Shown here in pieces: positions 1 to 13,865 of a DNA stretch of 64,000 nucleotides. The DNA is taken from positions 8,184,001 through 8,248,000 of the forward strand of contig CM119373.1 of assembly GCA_051294905.1 (NCBI GenBank), written 5' to 3'. Position 1 is the stretch's first letter; the number at the start of each line of letters is the position of its first letter. The position numbers and the translations under genes were made by a program. Origin of the DNA: Botryllus schlosseri (lineage: Eukaryota). The notes beneath the pieces were generated by a model, which worked only from the letters and a program-made list of their open reading frames with translations, made no database searches and was not told the DNA's origin.

Positions 1-2
1 AT

Positions 3-1331
3 CAGCCTGAATTTGAAGTACAAGACAGCGGAAACATCGAGAGCAAACCGAAACCGAAAACAACTTCTTTCGCGTTCAAAGTAGAGAAAGCAAGTTGTTT
101 GCATTGTGAAGGAGATCATCACATTGCTGACTGCTTTGAATTGCAAGGTAAAACCATGGCGGAGCGTAAGAAGGTATTTTATGCTCTTTATCTGTGTTTC
201 GGCTGTGGCAACAAAACTGGTAAAACTCACATTTCAAGATCCTGTACCAAGCGAGCAAAATGCTCCAAATGTGACAAAAGGCATCCTACATGCCTTCATC
301 TTGACACAGATCATGAAAAGGAAGTTAGTACCTCAACTTCCCTATGTACCCAGATATGCGATTCAAATGGTAGAGGCATAAGCAGTGCGCTCATTGTGCC
401 TGTTTGGGTTAGATCTAAACAAAATGCGAGATGTGAAGTACTTTGTTATTGCGTCCTTGACGACCATTCCAACTCCAGTTTTATCTCAGACGAACTGTTT
501 GATAAGCTTGGCCTAGATGGAACGGATACAGCGATATCGTTGACAACTCTTGCCGGAAGAGACATCGACACGCCTTGCAAGAAAGTCAAGGATTTGGAGA
601 TCTTGAGCTATGACAAGAAAGAAATAGTTGATGTGGCGACACTTTTCACGGAAAAGGAGATTCCGGTCTGTCGCACCCAGATTCCCAACCGTAAAATCTG
701 CAAGGAGTGGGTACATCTCACAGAGGTATGTGATCAGCTTGTCCCGTACGACTCTAAGTTGGATGTCTCAGTATTGCTCGGCACTGACGTACCGAAAGCA
801 TTGCGGCCGAGAGACGTCGTGGCTGGAGGGGACAATGATCCATATGGCGTGCGTACCATATTAGGTTGGGGAGTTGTTGGTCCAATGTGTTTGGACGTTG
901 CTAAGGATTCCGTCATTTGTCACAAAACGTTAATTCGACCTACGGCCCTAGATGACAAGCTTGTGTTCGGTTCGAAATGTAAAGAAGTATTAACACCTCA
1001 ATCAGTAGGAACCATGTTTGAGATTGAATTTGCGGAACACAATGGTAAGCATATTCCAATGTCCATAGAAGACCGTAGGTTTGTCGAAATTCTCAAAGAA
1101 GGCACATTTCAAAGATGCGATGGTCATTTGGAAATGCCTTTACCCTTCCTTGAAAAGTAGTACGGCAACGTTACCGAATAATAAGCCGCTAGCTGTAAAA
1201 CGAATCGGTCAACTTAGAAAGCGCCTTCTGAAAGATGAAAGGTATTAACAATTGGGCTGAGGCAGTGCCAGAAACTGACCGAAATATCGCAAATGGCAAA
1301 GTGAATTACATACCGCACTTGGGAGTTTATC
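3..1331 (+). pseudogene. BEL/Pao retrotransposon gag-protease and start of pol (5' part, interrupted)
   Basis: Three Cys/His knuckles (CLHCEGDHHIADC, CFGC..HISRSC, CSKCDKRHPTCLH) and a DUF1758-like aspartic protease region (LDDHSNSSFIS). After a frameshift and stop near 1160 and 1247 the frame reads LPNNKPLAVKR...AEAVPE...KVNYIPHLGVY and joins GVYHPHKPDKIRVVFD at 35487. Confidence 0.92.
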
Positions 1332-1892
1332 GAGGAGGGTTGGTGCGATGACATGCAAAATAAGGTCAAAAACATGCAAAATAAGGTCAGTCACATGCAA
1401 AATAAGGTCAGTCGCGACATGCAAAATAAGGTCAGTCCGCACATGAATCCAAATCTATACTCCAATTACAAATCCAACCTTTTTCTTATGAAAAATAAAT
1501 TCAAATTATCTTTCCTGTATAGTAGCCTAGTTTCAACATTGAAATTCCATATCTATATTCCAAATCTTAAGATTTTTCAATCAAAAGATAATCATGATTA
1601 TCTTGATTACGAAGTCAGTCGCATGTAGAATATTATTATCGGTCCGCGCATAAATCCAAATCCATACTTCAATTACAAATCCAACTCTTTTTCTTATGAA
1701 AAATAAATTCAAAATATCTTTCCTATAACAATTTCACGATTCACATTCCCCATCTATATCCTAAATCTGAAGATGTTTCAACAAAATGTAATCAGACGAT
1801 TATTACAATTACGAGAGGTGAGTCGCATGTAGAATATAAAGAGTACGCATATAAATCCAAATGTTTACTTCAAATCCTACTGTTTTCTTATG

Positions 1893-2912
1893 CCACTGAC
1901 CTTATTCTGCAATCTGCATGTGGCGACTGACCGTATTTCGCATGCGACTGACCTTATTTTGCATGTGACTGATCTTATTCTGCATGTCGTGACTGACCTT
2001 ATTTTGCATGCGACTGGCCTTATTTTGCATGTGACTGACCTTATTTTGCATGTCGCGACTGACCTTATTTTGTATGCGACTGACCTTATTTTGCATGTGA
2101 CTGACCTTATTTTGCATGTGACTGACCTTATTTTGCATGTCGCGACTGACCTTATTTTGCATGTGACTGACCTTATTTTGCATGTGACTGACCTTATTTT
2201 GCATGTGATTGACCTTATTTTGCATGTGATTGACCTTATTTTGCATGTCGCGACTGACCTTATTTTGCATGTGACTGACCTTATTTTGCATGTGACTGAC
2301 CTTATTTTGCATGTGATTGACCTTATTTTGCATGTCGCGACTGACCTTATTTTGCATGTGACTGACCTTACTTTGCATGTGATTGACCTTATTTTGCATG
2401 TCGCGACTGACCTTATTTTGCATGTGACTGACCTTATTTTGCATGTGATTGACCTTATTTTGCATGTCGCGACTGACCTTATTTTGCGTGTGACTGACCT
2501 TATTTTGCATGTGACTGACCTTATTTTGCATGTGACTGACCTTATTTTGCATGTGACTGACCTTATTTTGCATGTGATTGACCTTATTTTGCATGTGACT
2601 GACCTTATTTTGCATGTGACTGACCTTATTTTGCATGTGATTGACCTTATTTTGCATGTCGCGACTGACCTTATTTTGCATGTGACTGACCTTATTTTGC
2701 ATGTGATTGACCTTATTTTGCATGTGATTGACCTTATTTTGCATGTCGCGACTGACCTTATTTTGCATGTGACTGACCTTATTTTGCATGTGACTGACCT
2801 TATTTTGCATGTGATTGACCTTATTTTGCATGTCGCGACTGACCTTATTTTGCATGTGACTGACCTTATTTTGCATGTGATTGACCTTATTTTGCATGTC
2901 GCGACTGACCTT
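1893..2912 (+). repeat. Tandem array of 21/24-bp units GACCTTATTTTGCATGT(GACT/GATT/CGCGACT), left arm
   Basis: Directly visible. The same orientation resumes at 32824 after the Polinton. Confidence 0.97.
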
Positions 2913-3345
2913 AGTAGTATATAACAGCACTTTCTCATGCGGACCAATCAAATCGCAGCATTTGATCACGTGACCACTTTGAATTTCAAATCAAACAGAG
3001 AAAAGCGCGCGAAAGAGTTATATCAATAGTGTTTCAATAGGGACAATGGGTGACAATATATGTCAATAACGGGCGTAACCATCATTGTATTCACAATGAT
3101 TACGTCAGCTGATTGCATAATGGGTCTGCGTGACAGCATAATTGAGGTGTGTCTGAGAGCGAGCGTTATTGCACAATGGGTAAATAACCTAGCGATATTG
3201 CAGCATAGCTTTCCACTTTTGAATTTTCAAATCAAACAGAGAAAAGCGCGCGAAAGAGTACTTCAATAGGGACAATGGGTGACAATATATGTCAATATCG
3301 GACGTAACCATCATTGTATTGACAATGATTACGTCAGCTGATTGA
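2913..3345 (+). repeat. Polinton left TIR with internal duplication
   Basis: The first ~215 bp match the reverse complement of ~32610-32823 with scattered mismatches. The block TTTGAATTTCAAATCAAACAGAGAAAAGCGCGCGAAAGAGT occurs twice. Confidence 0.9.
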
Positions 3346-3989
3346 ATACCCCTAGACCAAGGAATCTTCTGAATCACACCTGAAGAGGTGAAAGTTGAAT
3401 CACAACGATATATATATATATATATATATATTTACCTATTAGACTACTTTGGTGGACAGTCCTGTTTTGAAGCAGTTGGGCGAAAATTATCGCCAACAGA
3501 AGGAGACAAGCTAGGCGTCTGAAAATAACTGGATTGGTTTTGGAATATCGATTCCGCGCTTTGTCACTGGTGATTTGCGGTTTATATCGCAGCGTTTAGA
3601 ATATACACGAAATGTCCTCCAACTGCGGTCGCCCTAATTTTTCCCAACTTTTGCAATACCTAATAGACCACTTTAGTGGACATTTGTTACTTAAGGAGAC
3701 AATTCGCCATTTTGAATTACCAGACCATGACCATTGCTGTTACTGAACTAAGGTGGACATTGACGTCGTATTATATGACAAGGTTCGGGAACCAGTTTCG
3801 TCAAAAGAGTCATTTACCAATGACAATCACTTTTGACGTCACTATTTGAAATCCACGACGTCATCCTTGTACGATATCGATGATCGCGATATATAATTCG
3901 CCGTTTGTTTGTTTTTTATTCATGGTGTTTTGACTAATTTGGTAGTTTTAGAGTATGCCTATATTCATTTTTTGATTCCGTATTCACCG

Positions 3990-4177
3990 ACTTTTAGCAC
4001 AGCCCACTCCTAGGCTTTTATAAATCACCGCTTACGCGGATCACACGACGACGAGGAGCCTAGATAAACCTCCAACACTTGGGTAGGAATTCTCGTGTCG
4101 TCCTCAGCCGGACTCGAACCAACAACCCATTGGTGTTGCAGCTGTGGATTATACCAATGACCACGCCATTTCACCAC
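3990..4177 (-). repeat. tRNA-derived SINE-like copy
   Basis: Minus strand shows an A-box-like TGGCGTGGTCATTGG and a B-box GGTTCGAGTCC, but no cloverleaf acceptor stem. Confidence 0.55.
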
Positions 4178-7100
4178 GCACATATTTGCGTTTGAAAACT
4201 GCTGTGAAAATACGGAACATGTGTCTTTATAAGAAGCTACAGTTGGCCATGCTGCAGATTATAGATCACCAGTTCTCTACGGCTAGTATGCAAATAACTA
4301 CGACATTCAATAGCTACCTTGCTGCGATAGCAGATCTCAGTTACCATAAAATAATAAATATATTCATTTATTATATTCGACCCTAATATCCATCGCAAGC
4401 TTCTTGTTTCATGGACTTGGAGTGTATTAGCAGGTATAAGGCAATTTTCGGCTTAACGTAAGGCACACTTTTTGATCAATTATTACTAGTGCTGCAAGAC
4501 AGAAACCTTCGAATAAAGACCACTTTAACATGTCTCTACCTCCTATCTCAGACTCTCGTCATGTTAAAGCCGCTTCAAATCGTTACGGATTAGCTGGAAA
4601 TTAGTCCACTTGATTAAAATAACTCCATTAAAGGGTGGTGGGATAATTTTTTGAAATTAAGGACGACGAAAATGAAATGAGCTGACAAGCAGGTAAAATA
4701 CGGGTAAATATATTTCTCCAGTGATAGTAACATGTATTTTTGTCGGACCAATTTAGATTTCATGAAATCAATCCCAGTTATGCAGGGCACACCGATGTCT
4801 CTCTGCCTTGATTCGAAGTTTTTACTGATTGCAAAGTCGCCATTCCTAAAATCTCATCCACAGAGACATCAATTGCATTCCTCAGCAACTCAGCGTTCGA
4901 ATATTTCTCTGCCACTTGACATTGACTGATCCAGTGCGTAAATGATGCCGATTGCAATTGAGAATGGGCTATGCCAATGAATGGTATTTATGAGTTGAAA
5001 AAGCATTTATGGTACTTCACTTAGGCGTTGATACTAGAGCTGTGTATGTGCTGGAAACTTTGCGAGCTTCAGGGAAACTAAATGGTAACCCACTGAGCTT
5101 ATAAAGCACATTAGATATTTTCTGGTCTTTCAATATCACCAGAACCCCCTTCTTGTCATGAAGTAATAAAAAACATTGGTGATTTAACACGATATATGGA
5201 TACAATTAGTTATTAGATGGTATTCACCGAATGTGGAGGATGACATGAAAAAAGGACGATGACTTTTGATAGGAATAAGATCTGTCACGATGCCAATTAG
5301 TCTTTTAATCCGCCTGTAAGAGTACTATAGGAGTGCTGCAGAGCAAATGATAGAATATCATAAATATCAAATTGTAGCGTGAAGGAATGCACCTTGGACC
5401 GATAAAGAATATAGATATTGACTATCACTTGAAAAATATATTTACCCGTATTTTGCGTGCTTATTGTGGTCGTGAATTTCAGTGTGTAAACTACTCTATT
5501 GGAAAATTATCTCACCATCGTTTTAACGTGTCTATTTCAATGAAGTGGACTAATTTACAGCTAATATGTGTCATCAATTTCTTTCATTTACTGGCGATGT
5601 AGGCACTTGTCAAGATCAAAACAAGTCTAAAAGACATCCATGCCTCTTCAGGCATAAATGGAACACGATTTTTGGTCATGTCGGTGTGACGAAATTGGTC
5701 ACCGTAAATACTATTATTTCAAAAATGACCGAAATTTCCATTTGACTGGCCTCGGCTTCTACGCAGCGGGAAATCCAGCAAACCTAACCGAACATTCGCC
5801 GCATTCATAGACACGCCTAGATCTCCAATTCAATCATGCTCGCTAGCGAGTGAGAGCGTGGCGAGATAGCGTATAGTGGAATAATCCACAACCGCAAGAC
5901 CAGCTGGTTGCGGTTTCGGGTCCGACCGAGGTCGACTCCAGAATTTGTACTAAGGTAATAAAGGTTTATCTCGGCTTCTACGTAGCATCTCATTCGCGTA
6001 ATCGTTGTCTTATGAAGGTAAATATGGCATAAAAAACATCGGCATGGTGTAAAATGTGAACAATGTAGTCGAGCACCGTGAATATCAAACAATAACGACC
6101 ACAATTGTTGCGGTACGCTATATTGCGGCGTGAAAATTGCTTTCATGAATCGCATCGATCTGATATCGTCTATGTTCATTGTTCACTGTTCATACTTTCG
6201 CAGTTGAAACACATTAACCTAGATTTACCGGCTCGGAGTCTAATGAATCTTCACTAATCTATACTAAAACAGTCAGAGTGGGTTTGTTGATGCAGCCATC
6301 CACCAGTAAAACCAGATTCGAAATAGTGAAGTCATGTAATATTGACCTTGATACCGATAGATTTCCTTCATGTGTAATTTCGTAACTAAAGCTATATTTG
6401 TCGCCGATACTACGTTGAATACGCGTTTTGTAAGGTATCAGAAATGTTACGGGTAATAACCCTGCCCGATCAATTATAATTACAATTATCAACATGGCCA
6501 AAGCGTCAAACCCTGTATAAACCAATCCCAACCTATCTTCATTTCGAATTGCGAACCTCCTTGATTACCTTGGCGCTTGATGGGGTCATCATCATTGTAA
6601 CCGAGGTATTGCACGCGACGTAATATGATTTAATAGGCTCCAGGCTCCGCCCATGTCTGCAGGCCTGTTCTTCAAATCCCGCACTGATCATAAATGTCAT
6701 AAAAAATAATTCCGGATTCCAGCCATTCACTTATTAAATTGTCAGCTTACTCTAAAAAAACACTGCACACCAAATTTGGTTCAATTCTAACAAGCATAGG
6801 ACTCCGCAGATCAAATTAGAATTTTTAATTTATTGGGTAAAATTTTAAAAAAATCAAATTTTACTGCCAACCCCATGAAATTGTTGAGCTGTTTTCAAAG
6901 ACGATGCAAAACAAATTTGACTCAATTCCGACCAGTAGAAGCGGAGTTATGTGAGTTTTTCGATTATAATCCTCGGATTATCCTGGATCGGTGGATCATC
7001 CGAGAAGTTCACGTTTTTCATAGGCGGGCTATCCGAGGTTCCGTCTCGGTCGTTCACACCACTGGGCCATACGAGGTACCGCTGCGTTCGTCTTCGGGCC

Positions 7101-8164
7101 CCGCGTAGACCGATACCCGATACGATCGTATCGGACTTTCAGCCGACTCGGGATCGGCCTTCAAAAAACAGCGTATAGCGCTTTTTTCACAGTTTTTTTA
7201 ATCACCGATTTCTCGCCAACCGAGTATCGTAGCCGGATAAATTTGGTACCGGCAGACGCGTAATTCGATTACAATTCCAACGATGCCCGGGAAATGGGGC
7301 TGGGACGCGTAGAAAAAAGTTTTCTTACAAAAACCCGTGATGGTGCGACAATACGGGTTACGCAATTGGTTTTTCGTTCGGTCGGTATCAGAACAGAGAT
7401 CGAAATACCGATCGACAACCGCTGGTCTTAGGGGTTCGACAGAGTTATCCCCGTTTTCCTCTCGTCGAACTGAACGCGATGATATCCGATTCAACGGCTT
7501 GGGACCCGGGGTTGGCCCGGTATTGGCGTTTGAAAAGTCGGTTTTTGTCTCCCAAAGGCTACCGAATTCGCAGAATATACAGATCGATCAGTAGCTTAGG
7601 AATAGCCTACTTTTATCACAAAAAATTCAACATGCCGCCTTTCTTACAGAGATAGGCACAATTCACAATGTTGAATTAGGTCGATGACTTTAGTATTGTA
7701 TACGTACGCGCGACCAATTGCGTGCCATCAACTGGTAAGGTCTCATGTCCGCTGTCACCGAGTGATTGAAAGATTAGTTTCAGCGTATTAGCAGGTTATT
7801 GTAAATGGACGTTACTTTGGACGATGGACTAGCAGATGATGTAGAATGATGCAGAAGATGTATTAGCACCTCATGGCCCTAAAGTTTCATGACAAGTATA
7901 TTAGCATGAATCCTATAAACACGAATCTTATAAGAAAAGTTTAAGATGCAAACATGCGTGAATGAGTTACTTCCAATCAGTGTTTTCATCGAACGATTCG
8001 TTCTGCGTATTGAAGAGTATTCCACATAGCTGCTGAATTCTGCGTACAATAGCGTATAAATTTGGATCGCCACGCCGACTCCATTTCCATGACAAAAAGT
8101 GAGTATTGAATATAGAACGCATTTCTCTTCTGTTGTGTTATATTTCACACGAACGGGTAAATAC

Positions 8165-9113
8165 TAGGGATGGTGTGAACCTCTGAAAGGTTCAGGTTCG
8201 TGTGAACGTGAACTTTTTTGAAAGGTTCTGTGTGAACACGAACGTGAACCTCATGACGTCACCTGACGTCATATTGCAATTCAAACCCCATATTTCTATT
8301 AGGTGATTGCCTCTATTAATCTACTGTACACGATACCGAGCGACGACTCTGGGCCACATAATAGCTCAGTACTCAAGTACATATTGACGTTTTAAACGTC
8401 GCCAAATGTATCAACTGCGGCAATCAAATGATATAATAATCCCATAAAATCAGTATCTTGCGTCGCTTTGCCAACAATTTCGACCTGATCGGACAATGTA
8501 TTCGGCGTCTGAGTATTGCCACATGGATATTGAGCAGAGTGTAAAATGGGTTTCTATATACTTGCTACCGATTAACAAGTTATACAGCAGTATAGCCAAC
8601 ACCCCAGTCGCACGGATTTGGTTTTTATGATACAGTATACATATGTAGTCAAGATTGACCTCGCACGCCTGCTAGATTTTTACATCAGAAGACGATATCA
8701 ATCTCATTGATCGGTTGAATAAGGATCATTTGCTGACAAAATACAGTGTATTTCGCTCTTGATGTCATGTGATTGCGGGTCAAGCTCACAGCACAGAGAC
8801 ACTAAATATGCACAAACGGAAGGCTGGATATTTCGGGCACACTTTTGTAACAATACAAGTAAATTTTTGAGATTGTCAAGGGCATGCTCGTTTAGTGTTG
8901 AATGTTTATGCTGCCAGCCCCATGCATTGAGTGGTCCGCAGTTGAAAGTCAATAAATTTGAACCAAAGATGTTATAATGAAGTGAAAATTGCAATATATG
9001 AAAAAGGTTCACAATGCAGAACCTACCAAGGTTCTGTTGTGAACGCGAACCTCAAATTTTCCGAGGTTCACACACAGAACACGAACGTGAACCTCACGTT
9101 CACACCATCCCTA
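8165..9113. mobile_element. Non-autonomous hAT (Ac-type TAGGGATG termini)
   Basis: TAGGGATGGTGTGAAC...GTTCACACCATCCCTA, 8-bp TSD GTAAATAC (8157-8164 and 9114-9121), and subterminal GTGAAC/GTTCAC repeats. Confidence 0.9.
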
Positions 9114-11084
9114 GTAAATACTGGACAGGACAGTCGCCAAACGGATACTGCGGCCTATGATCTTTCCCTCACTAATTCAATTCATGTCGTAATAGATTTT
9201 CACTACGTAACGCGCTTTCTGATACATTTTTAAACGTCTATGTGAGTAGCAACGGATTCAGAATCCTCCTTGATAACGTGTTCACATAACTCAATTAGTA
9301 AAATGTTGACTGCCCGCTCAATATATCTGAGAATATTTTGATCGCGTAACGTTAACTTTATATTGTTTCCCGATTAATTTCAAATAATTCAACTAGATAC
9401 TGATAAATATTGATATTGATAAATCGTATTTAAACGCTGTGTGAGGGAGCATATAGTTACGATAACATCTGCCTTTTCGTTTTATTGATTCGTTGTAAAA
9501 TTCAGTGTGTGACCTATTGTAAAGCTCAATCTTGATGAGGCAACTTATCATGTTGCATTTTTGTTTTGCAATTTACTGGAGTTGTGTATCATCTCCAAAC
9601 GTGTGTACTTTGCATGTAGTTAACAATTTGGCATTACATCGCTGCCTTGTTTTTCAGCCACTGCAAACAATCGAGACGTTAAGGTAGCTGGGAAGACACT
9701 CCAATGAATTTGCCGTCACGCAATTCTGTTCAATGCGTGACCGATAGGTGCCTGCGGAGGCTTCATTATAACCAGACGCAAATGTGAATATCACTCCCTA
9801 GTCTGCCATAATGAGCAACGGTGATGACGTTATACCCTCTGATCACTTCAACATCAGTCATTCAATATATGTAATGTTGCCCTTGCCTTGACTTGAACAG
9901 ACGGGGGCCGTAATCGATACCCGAATCAGACTGCTTCTTACCTTGTTTTAATATAAGGAAACTAAAATATCTGTACCCATGGAAAGTATTAATATAACGC
10001 ATATAATGTAGCATTGTGGGTTTGAAGCCTATACTGAGCCTTGTAACAGGCGCTTCATGCGAATCCGACACTCTGAGTATTTATAGCTGATACCACAATA
10101 TGTTTGATAGCTGTTTGATTTGACATTCTCCTGTCGCAGCATTGTGACGTTATGAAATGCCAAACAAGTCAACTAATTAACTATTTGCACTTGGCTGCTT
10201 TCCAATCCTATATCGCCACATTTCAGCCTGATCATCAATATTTGTTTATGTTAGCTTTGCAGAGTCATTTTATCCTTGTATGTGATGACGAATAAACCAG
10301 CTCGATTTTTCAATCAACACTGCTGCATGGTATGAGCGGATGACATGAGCTACTTCAGTTGAATTTATTGTTAAACGTACGCTGGGTTGATATCACACGT
10401 TTTCAACTATGCGTTTCTGGTGACGATGATAGGGTGATTACAATCATTTATGGAATTGCTACAAACTTACGAAGGTATGGAAAGCTGATTGAGGTCACAT
10501 GGTCCGTAGGCCGAGAATTACGACGAGATATATTGTTATCATTAGCACGTGTTACTTCGCAGACGGTAAAGCAGTTTCTATGGCGATGCTAGTCGGTGCT
10601 AGCAACGAAACTGGTGTGGATGCGGAACGGGGATGATTACACCCGCGGCTATATTAGATCACAATTTATATTCATCTGCGTTGACTACTGCACTCCGAGC
10701 AATATATTATTCTTGTATAGGGAAAAGCCATTAATCCAGTGACTGTTACATAGCATCACGCCTCACATTGATACAATCAAGAATCATATATCTATCCGGT
10801 GACCGCCAACTTTGACCGAATGTAGCACTTTTGACCTATGTAATTTCAACTCAGATGCGACCACGTAAAATTTTGTATAATTAATGATTGATTCGGTCAA
10901 TAGTATTGATAATTGCGTATATATTGCTATAAATTTTGTATCCTCTCAGTCCACGTAATCAGATTTACCTGTAGAGCTGAGTGAGGTATTGTCTAGGAAT
11001 ATTCAGGGCACGTAATTATTAATTGAACAAATGAACATAATCGGGTGGGCCCGTTGGTGCAATTACTTAGCTACACATGCAAGT

Positions 11085-11400
11085 CCAATGACTTGATATA
11101 TTTAATTCGTTGCCGAAGTGGATGTGGCAATGCCTGGTACGTTGGAGAAACTGGTCAACCACTCCATAAGAGAATGTCAGCATCGACACGACATTTCTAA
11201 ATGCAACAGATCGAAGCCTGTCGATGAGCACTTTTCTTCAGCAGGACACTAAGAAAATGATATGATAATCAACGTGTTGGCCGGGAACATCGAGAACTCA
11301 ATCATGCGCAAGGCCACAGAACAAAAATACATCGACATATTTAACATGTTCCATCAAGGGCTAAATATAGATCGAGGCTCCATGTCACATTACACCATGC
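11085..11400 (+). pseudogene. Penelope-like retroelement GIY-YIG endonuclease 3' remnant
   Basis: Manual translation gives NDLIYLIRCRSGCGNAWYVGETGQPLHKRM / HRHDI..KPVDEHFSSAGH*...GLNIDRG, with one frameshift and one stop. Confidence 0.8.
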
Positions 11401-12395
11401 GAAGCTGCAGTTGATATATTCGGCGGGTGTGCATTCAATTACTGTAAACACTCTATCAAATCTCATCTTCAGTGCCACAACTTGCTGTAGGCGTTTAAAA
11501 TATGAACTTCGATTTTCCTGTTTATGACGTCATAAATGTACACATTTTTCTGATCTGAAATTACTTTTGTCTATGATGTCACAATATGCGTATATGTTTG
11601 GTTTTAAAATCTTTTGCGTTACTTTCACTTTAACACCTGATGAAGGAGCGGCGCTCCGAAAGCTCGTATAATAAATATAATTATTACTTTGCAAGTGGAC
11701 GTTAGATAAGGTGTGAAAGCAACCAAGATCTTATTATTATCTATATCGTCTGCTATCGGTTCAACGAATTACTTAGCTACATGTTGTTATTTCTTGACTT
11801 CATGCGCGCTATGTAATCAAAAGATATTGAACTCGCCTATATGTAGGCTACTAAACTAAAAGAAGCACACGATTCAAAATTGGTATTTCTTCACTGTCAA
11901 ACAATTATTTGGGATGAGATGTCATTTGTCATGTGAGGTCCAGATTGTCACGACATGAATATTCGGCGCCAGCAATTTAGGCACCCGGACAAAGACATTT
12001 TTATATCGAAGTTTACGGTCTACATAAGGGCAATCCTCTTTCGGATAATGCTTTCTCGCTGACGATCTTTTTGGCACACTTCTCTGAGACCCATGTTGGC
12101 CCAAACTTCATATGTCTTCATACATCGTGGCGTGTTAATGGCCAACCCTTAAATGTCTACTTCCATAAATGATGCGTATTTATCGTGGAGGAAGGGTGGC
12201 TGATAATCAAAACATTTATCTACATGAAATCGCGCCCAGCGCGAGAAAGATTAAAAAGTTGCAAAAACTTTCAAATATAGAGCGTATCATTAATGTTCTT
12301 CCACGAAATAATTTTCGACACCCTTCGGCACCCCCTCTCAAGTGGGGTAGGATTATCTGTGTGTGGCGAAACTGATGGAAGGAATGGGGGGGGGG

Positions 12396-12572
12396 GTAGC
12401 ATAGCAGTGCTGCGCGCCTCTGTTTGATCTGTAAATCATGGGTTCAATCTCCGGGCGGGTCAGACCTAAGATTCGAAAACTGGTATCCACGGTATCCGCT
12501 GGTTAGGATAAAAATAAGTTTGTTCGCTTCCTCTCTCACTCTCTCTCTCTCTCTTTCACTCTCGCTCTCTCT
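12396..12572 (+). repeat. Degraded tRNA-derived SINE (same family as 45540-45805)
   Basis: GGGTTCAATCTCCGGGCGGGTCAGACCTAAGATTCGAAAACTGGTATCC followed by a (CT)n tail, matching the better-preserved copy at ~45.7 kb. Confidence 0.65.
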
Positions 12573-13865
12573 TGAGCATTTGCAAGGGAATCCTTTCTTA
12601 TTTGTACGATCAGAACAACAACCCTCCTCGGTTTATCTTGGCTAATTCTTTGACAAAGACATGGCTTTGCGAATGCCAGGAAAGTGAACAGTGAATTGCA
12701 AGGATAGGCAACTGAAACACAGCTGAAGAGATCAAAATAGAAGCCAATCACCTTGGCCATTATTAGGCCGAGATGGATGCTATATTGAAGACCGCGCGTG
12801 CTTGGTAGTTTCAGCATTATCCTCTCTGTTCAATATGTCGCAATGCATCATTTGTACCGCATTGTACATTGTCTGGCTTGAACGGAAACAATAATTTGAG
12901 CTAAATTAGAAATAAAAGTAGGGGGTCCGCGGAGGCTCGCGACGGTCCAAAAGGGGTCTGCAAAGACAGAAGGGTTGATAATCACTGACATAAAGTATAT
13001 GCCTTCTGCTCACAACTGACAGAGCATCTTCAAGCGATCTTGACACAAGCAAATCAACGACCTATCAGCTCGACATATCGGTTGCGGGACATACTACAGA
13101 ATATTTATCATGCTATAACCAATACATATATTTGATGGAGTTATATTAAGGTAGAGCAGTGATTCTTATTAACAATATGTATCACGCGTGTTAAACAACA
13201 ACATGTAACAATGATATAATGCCTTCTCGCCTTTGCTAAGAGCTAACCAGGGCCCAATATTAGGAGTCGACATTAAAATCGTACGACCCGCAGCGTCTAC
13301 CAAGATCGCAACTAGACTTTATGTCGAGTCATCTCAATGGTAGTCAGCATTTTTTATGTCGCCATTTTTTAACACAGTGTATAAAGGCTTAAAATCCCTA
13401 TATATACGGGGATGCTCTTAACTGAGTAATTCCAAAAGAAAAACTATCATGTATGCAAAGCGGTGTCATTTTATACACGCGAAAAGTGGAAGAAAATCCC
13501 CCCTATTGGTTGTCGACTTAATGCCACTTTTCAAAATACGGGGTTTATACAGGGGTCAAAATGTCGCCATTGTAACTCGAAATTCCTGCTACTTCCTGGC
13601 TTGATTTCTTTTGTAAGGGACAAATGAGGGACCAATAACCGTGGTCCCAAACGGATTTGCTTGACAGACGATAACAACTGAGGGAAAAATGTCGCCAAGA
13701 ATTAGGGGGACACAAAATTGTCTCCCAATTTTTTTCGTCCCCCAACTGCCACAAAAATAAGTACGATTGTCTCCCAAAGTAGCCTAATAGGTAAATATAT
13801 ATATATATGTGTATGTCGCTTATGAGATTATACCATCAAAGAAAATCAAGGATTGCAATTGGAAG

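Larger units (their letters stand above)
3431..13795. mobile_element. Unclassified 10.4-kb TIR element inserted in a (TA)n tract inside the Polinton
   Basis: TTTACCTATTAGACTACTTTGG at 3431 and CCAAAGTAGCCTAATAGGTAAA ending at 13795 are inverted repeats, each abutting TA repeats. GGAGACAA/GTCGCCA-type motifs recur near both ends. No transposase was seen. Confidence 0.75.

Noticed and set aside
1893-2912. CRISPR-like appearance of the regular repeat
   Set aside because: There are no unique spacers, only three linker variants, and the context is eukaryotic with no cas genes.
1877-2969. Three overlapping 344-356-aa ORFs (CKIRSVT / DLILHVT / MQNKVSH repeats)
   Set aside because: These arise automatically from stop-free 21/24-bp units. 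They run on both strands and cross the Polinton junction, so they are not credible genes.
6757-7650. CpG-rich segment with several short ORFs and local palindromes
   Set aside because: No recognisable protein, TIR pair or TSD could be established. It is probably a MITE interior.
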